From: a virus
Taxonomy: Duplodnaviria > Caudoviricetes
DNA length: 49,755 nucleotides
IMG/VR virus record: IMGVR_UViG_3300020187_003788
Span: 1 to 49,755 of that record
Strand: one strand, 5' to 3'
In this document: positions 47,162 through 49,755 of the stretch, in pieces
How the letters are laid out: every line of letters starts with the position of its first letter
Numbering within the stretch: position 1 is the first letter of the stretch
The notes under the pieces: generated by a model
What the model was told of the DNA's origin: nothing
The model's input: only the letters and a program-made list of their open reading frames with translations
Database searches by the model: none
Program-made: the position numbers and the translations under genes

Positions 47162-49753
47162 TTAACTTGCATCTATTGTGAATGCCTTGGTCAAATAGTG
47201 ATATGTACTCATGTACACCCATCCCCCACTATAATTAATTGGCAAAGTAAGCGTGAGTTGGCCTGTTGATCCTTTTATTGCATGATCTCCTTTATTGGTA
47301 CCACTAGAGCTAAACCCTGCATGAAAGCCTCCTGTTATATAAGGTGAAGTTCTATCGGCATAATCCGAACCCATTGTGAAAGGCATGGCATCAGTAATAC
47401 CATTAGCCACGAACACATAAGTATCTCCCGGAATTAATACTAAAGAATTATTAATATTTTGCCCACTTGCATCAGTAAATTGAAAATAAGGATCAGTAGC
47501 ACTTCCTCCCGAAACATATATTACACTTCCATCTACATTGTCTACCGGGGGCTTTTGTGCATTAGGGTCAACTTTATCAAATGAGCTTCCTCTAGCATTT
47601 GCATAAACATGATTGTATCCTACATCAACTGGGCCAGCAAAATCTATTAATTGAGCATTATTTGCTCCTGTCCTATTAGTATGGGTTACAATGTAGTACT
47701 CGCCATTTGTATTAAGTTTAATCACGTCATTTACTTGAATAGCGCTTGATGAATCAATCCACCAACTATCCAACTCTGCTTTGGTTTGTGTGTACAGACC
47801 CGTATATTCCCAATCGTTGTTTACACTATCTCCGCCATCAGGATAACTGGAGCTTCCTCCCCAAAAATAATCCATATCATCTCTAGTATTATCTTGATCT
47901 GTATCAAAAGGTATTTCTTTTAATTGCCATTGAGTGAGTGGGTCCGAAGTATTAGTAGGTCCACTAGAATTTCCAAGTAATAGAGGTGATATAGTAGCAC
48001 CCCATTTATCAACTACCGTATACTCGTAGTTATTAGTCACATAGTTCCATCTCTTTTTTGTTATTTTGTAATAATCATTTTGTATGTAACTCACCGTAGA
48101 CCCTGTAGCTCCAGTAAACTGAACAATTGCGCCCGCTAATGAGTAGTCCCTATTTGTGGTGTCAGGGAAATTGTCTAATTCTGCTTGCGTATATTGAATA
48201 TCCTCTACACCAGTAAAGTATCCGGTACGCCTTAAAGCTACACGGAAGCCGTGCCAAAGCTGCCCGTAGCTGTGAGTGGAATCGTCACGAGCTGCTGAAG
48301 CTAGGTAGTGAGCATATCCACTGGATTCATGGGTATAGGACCCGCCTCGACACACCCTTCTTGATGTCGGCCCTCCGTCATAAAAAGGATCGACCTGTGG
48401 GCTCGAATTATAACTGTTTTGTGAATCCGCCACCCATTCATACACATTGCCATGCATATCAAAAAAGCCCCAGGGGTTAGCGGCGTAGCTTCCCACATCT
48501 GTTGTGCTTCCAATATTGTCATCGTAATTAGCTAGGGTGGAGTCTATGTTATTCCCCCAGGAATATACACTTGTTGTGCCAGCTCGACAGGCATACTCCC
48601 ACTCTGCTTCTGTTGGCAAGGCAAATTCCCAACCCGAAGGAATACTGCTTGCTAGCTGTGCATTTAAGCGTTGTAAAAACACCTGGACCGCATCCCATGA
48701 CACACTTTCCACCGGGCGATCCGGGTTACCGCCATATTGACTCGGAGTAGCACTTAAACCATCAGTATTCCCTGTCATCACCTCCTGGTATTGCGCTTGT
48801 GTGATTTCATATTTGCTTAACTGAAAACCTTTAGTTATGGTGACTTCGTGCAGGGGTCGTGAATTGTCATTCTGAAATATTCCATTCGCTTTTTCAATAC
48901 CCATAGTAAAGGTTCCTGGTTGCACATTGATCATTTCTAGGTTTTTATTCCCCCCGTAATTTGAGCCTAGGTTATCAGTAAGTGGAGTGATAACTTCTGC
49001 ATAGTTCGCGATGACCGATACATTATTCGCGGGCATCGTGAATGAATCGTTAGTTATCGTAACCCCTCCGCTATTTACCGTCCAACCCATAAATTCATAT
49101 CCAGCATCCGGAACAGAGGAAAGAGTTACTGTAGATCCAACTTCTTTCTGCCCACTCCCAGTAACAGAACCATTTGAACTTGTGATAGAAACAGCGTAGC
49201 TTGTATCGAACTCGTCGTCTATACCATCACCATCTGTATCGGTTCCACTTGCACGGTTTTCATTGTCTGGAAAGTTGTCGTTCTGATTGATCACTCCATC
49301 ACCATCACTGTCTGCAAGCGGTCCATCTGTGTTGTCGGTATCGAACTCGTCGTCTATACCATCACCATCTGTATCGGTTCCACTTGCACGGTTCTCATTG
49401 TCTGGAAAGTTGTCGTTCTGATTGATCACTCCATCACCATCACTGTCTGCAAGCGGTCCATCTGTGTTGTCGGTATCGAACTCGTTGTCTATACCATCAC
49501 CATCTGTATCGGTTCCACTTGCACGGTTCTCATTGTCTGGAAAGTTGTCGTCCTGATTTGCGACTCCATCACCATCACTGTCTGCAAGCGGTCCATCTGT
49601 GTTGTCGGTATCGAACTCGTCGTCTATACCATCACCATCTGTATCGGTTCCACTTGCACGGTTCTCATTGTCTGGAAAGTTGTCGTCCTGATTTGCGACT
49701 CCATCACCATCACTGTCTGCAAGCGGTCCATCTGTGTTGTCGGTATCGAACTC
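47162..49753 (-). CDS. Adhesin/receptor-binding-like protein, 5'-truncated by the window edge: Ca-binding DxDxDG repeats + InlB-B/Flg_new-like repeat + FGE-sulfatase (CLec-fold) domain
   Basis: The frame is open to the window end through the repeats; PGTFTMG, LPTEAEWEYACRAG, NPWGFFDMHGNVYEW, RGGS and GFRVA. Confidence 0.85.
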   Translation of the reverse strand, partial: EFDTDNTDGPLADSDGDGVANQDDNFPDNENRASGTDTDGDGIDDEFDTDNTDGPLADSDGDGVANQDDNFPDNENRASGTDTDGDGIDNEFDTDNTDGPLADSDGDGVINQNDNFPDNENRASGTDTDGDGIDDEFDTDNTDGPLADSDGDGVINQNDNFPDNENRASGTDTDGDGIDDEFDTSYAVSITSSNGSVTGSGQKEVGSTVTLSSVPDAGYEFMGWTVNSGGVTITNDSFTMPANNVSVIANYAEVITPLTDNLGSNYGGNKNLEMINVQPGTFTMGIEKANGIFQNDNSRPLHEVTITKGFQLSKYEITQAQYQEVMTGNTDGLSATPSQYGGNPDRPVESVSWDAVQVFLQRLNAQLASSIPSGWEFALPTEAEWEYACRAGTTSVYSWGNNIDSTLANYDDNIGSTTDVGSYAANPWGFFDMHGNVYEWVADSQNSYNSSPQVDPFYDGGPTSRRVCRGGSYTHESSGYAHYLASAARDDSTHSYGQLWHGFRVALRRTGYFTGVEDIQYTQAELDNFPDTTNRDYSLAGAIVQFTGATGSTVSYIQNDYYKITKKRWNYVTNNYEYTVVDKWGATISPLLLGNSSGPTNTSDPLTQWQLKEIPFDTDQDNTRDDMDYFWGGSSSYPDGGDSVNNDWEYTGLYTQTKAELDSWWIDSSSAIQVNDVIKLNTNGEYYIVTHTNRTGANNAQLIDFAGPVDVGYNHVYANARGSSFDKVDPNAQKPPVDNVDGSVIYVSGGSATDPYFQFTDASGQNINNSLVLIPGDTYVFVANGITDAMPFTMGSDYADRTSPYITGGFHAGFSSSGTNKGDHAIKGSTGQLTLTLPINYSGGWVYMSTYHYLTKAFTIDAS

Positions 49754-49755
49754 GT
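49203..49755 (-). repeat. 135-bp tandem repeat, 4 full copies plus a partial copy, continuing off the window
   Basis: Unit starts at 49203, 49338, 49473, 49608 and 49743; encodes a 45-aa thrombospondin type-3-like unit. Confidence 0.97.

Noticed and set aside
40639-49199. Short (60-96 aa) antisense or alternative-frame ORFs within tail genes, and similar ones elsewhere in the window
   Set aside because: They are fully nested in well-supported genes, with no motifs or initiation signals.
49203-49755. Tandem repeats as a CRISPR array
   Set aside because: Units are contiguous 135-bp in-frame coding repeats with no unique spacers, and there are no cas genes.
47162-49755. Complete diversity-generating retroelement
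   Set aside because: No reverse transcriptase, Avd or template repeat is visible in the window.

Overview
AT-rich, gene-dense segment of a large tailed dsDNA bacteriophage with lambda-like L-K-I/J tail-tip genes. The host is possibly in the PVC group (Verrucomicrobia-like), inferred only from the Chlamydia-type ribonucleotide reductase. Layout: (1) 1-15.5 kb (- strand), a tightly coupled array of about 13 soluble glycosyltransferase-like genes (GT77, GT17, GT2, GT8, GT23/NodZ, GT92-like) and 4-5 sulfotransferases, interrupted by a GHKL (MORC/Hsp90-like) ATPase. (2) 15.7-22.1 kb: J-domain protein, nrdB with a tyrosine-less class Ic signature, a lipoprotein, NUDIX hydrolase, membrane-anchored subtilase and nrdA. 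(3) 22.3-30.1 kb: nucleotide-sugar genes (truncated sugar dehydrogenase, epimerase, fcl, gmd, DegT-type aminotransferase, GNAT) and GT-B enzymes. (4) 30.2-37.7 kb (+ strand): an operon under near-consensus sigma70 promoters with a sigma factor, SSB, a Whirly-like protein, a Rad52-like annealing protein, GT4 enzymes and a split GT9. (5) 37.6 kb to the end: tail-tip genes with C-type lectin and CBM-like inserts, and a 5'-truncated adhesin-like gene with 135-bp tandem repeats and an FGE/CLec domain. No CRISPR, rRNA, complete tRNA, integrase or reverse transcriptase was seen. All family assignments come from motif recognition by eye, not database searches.
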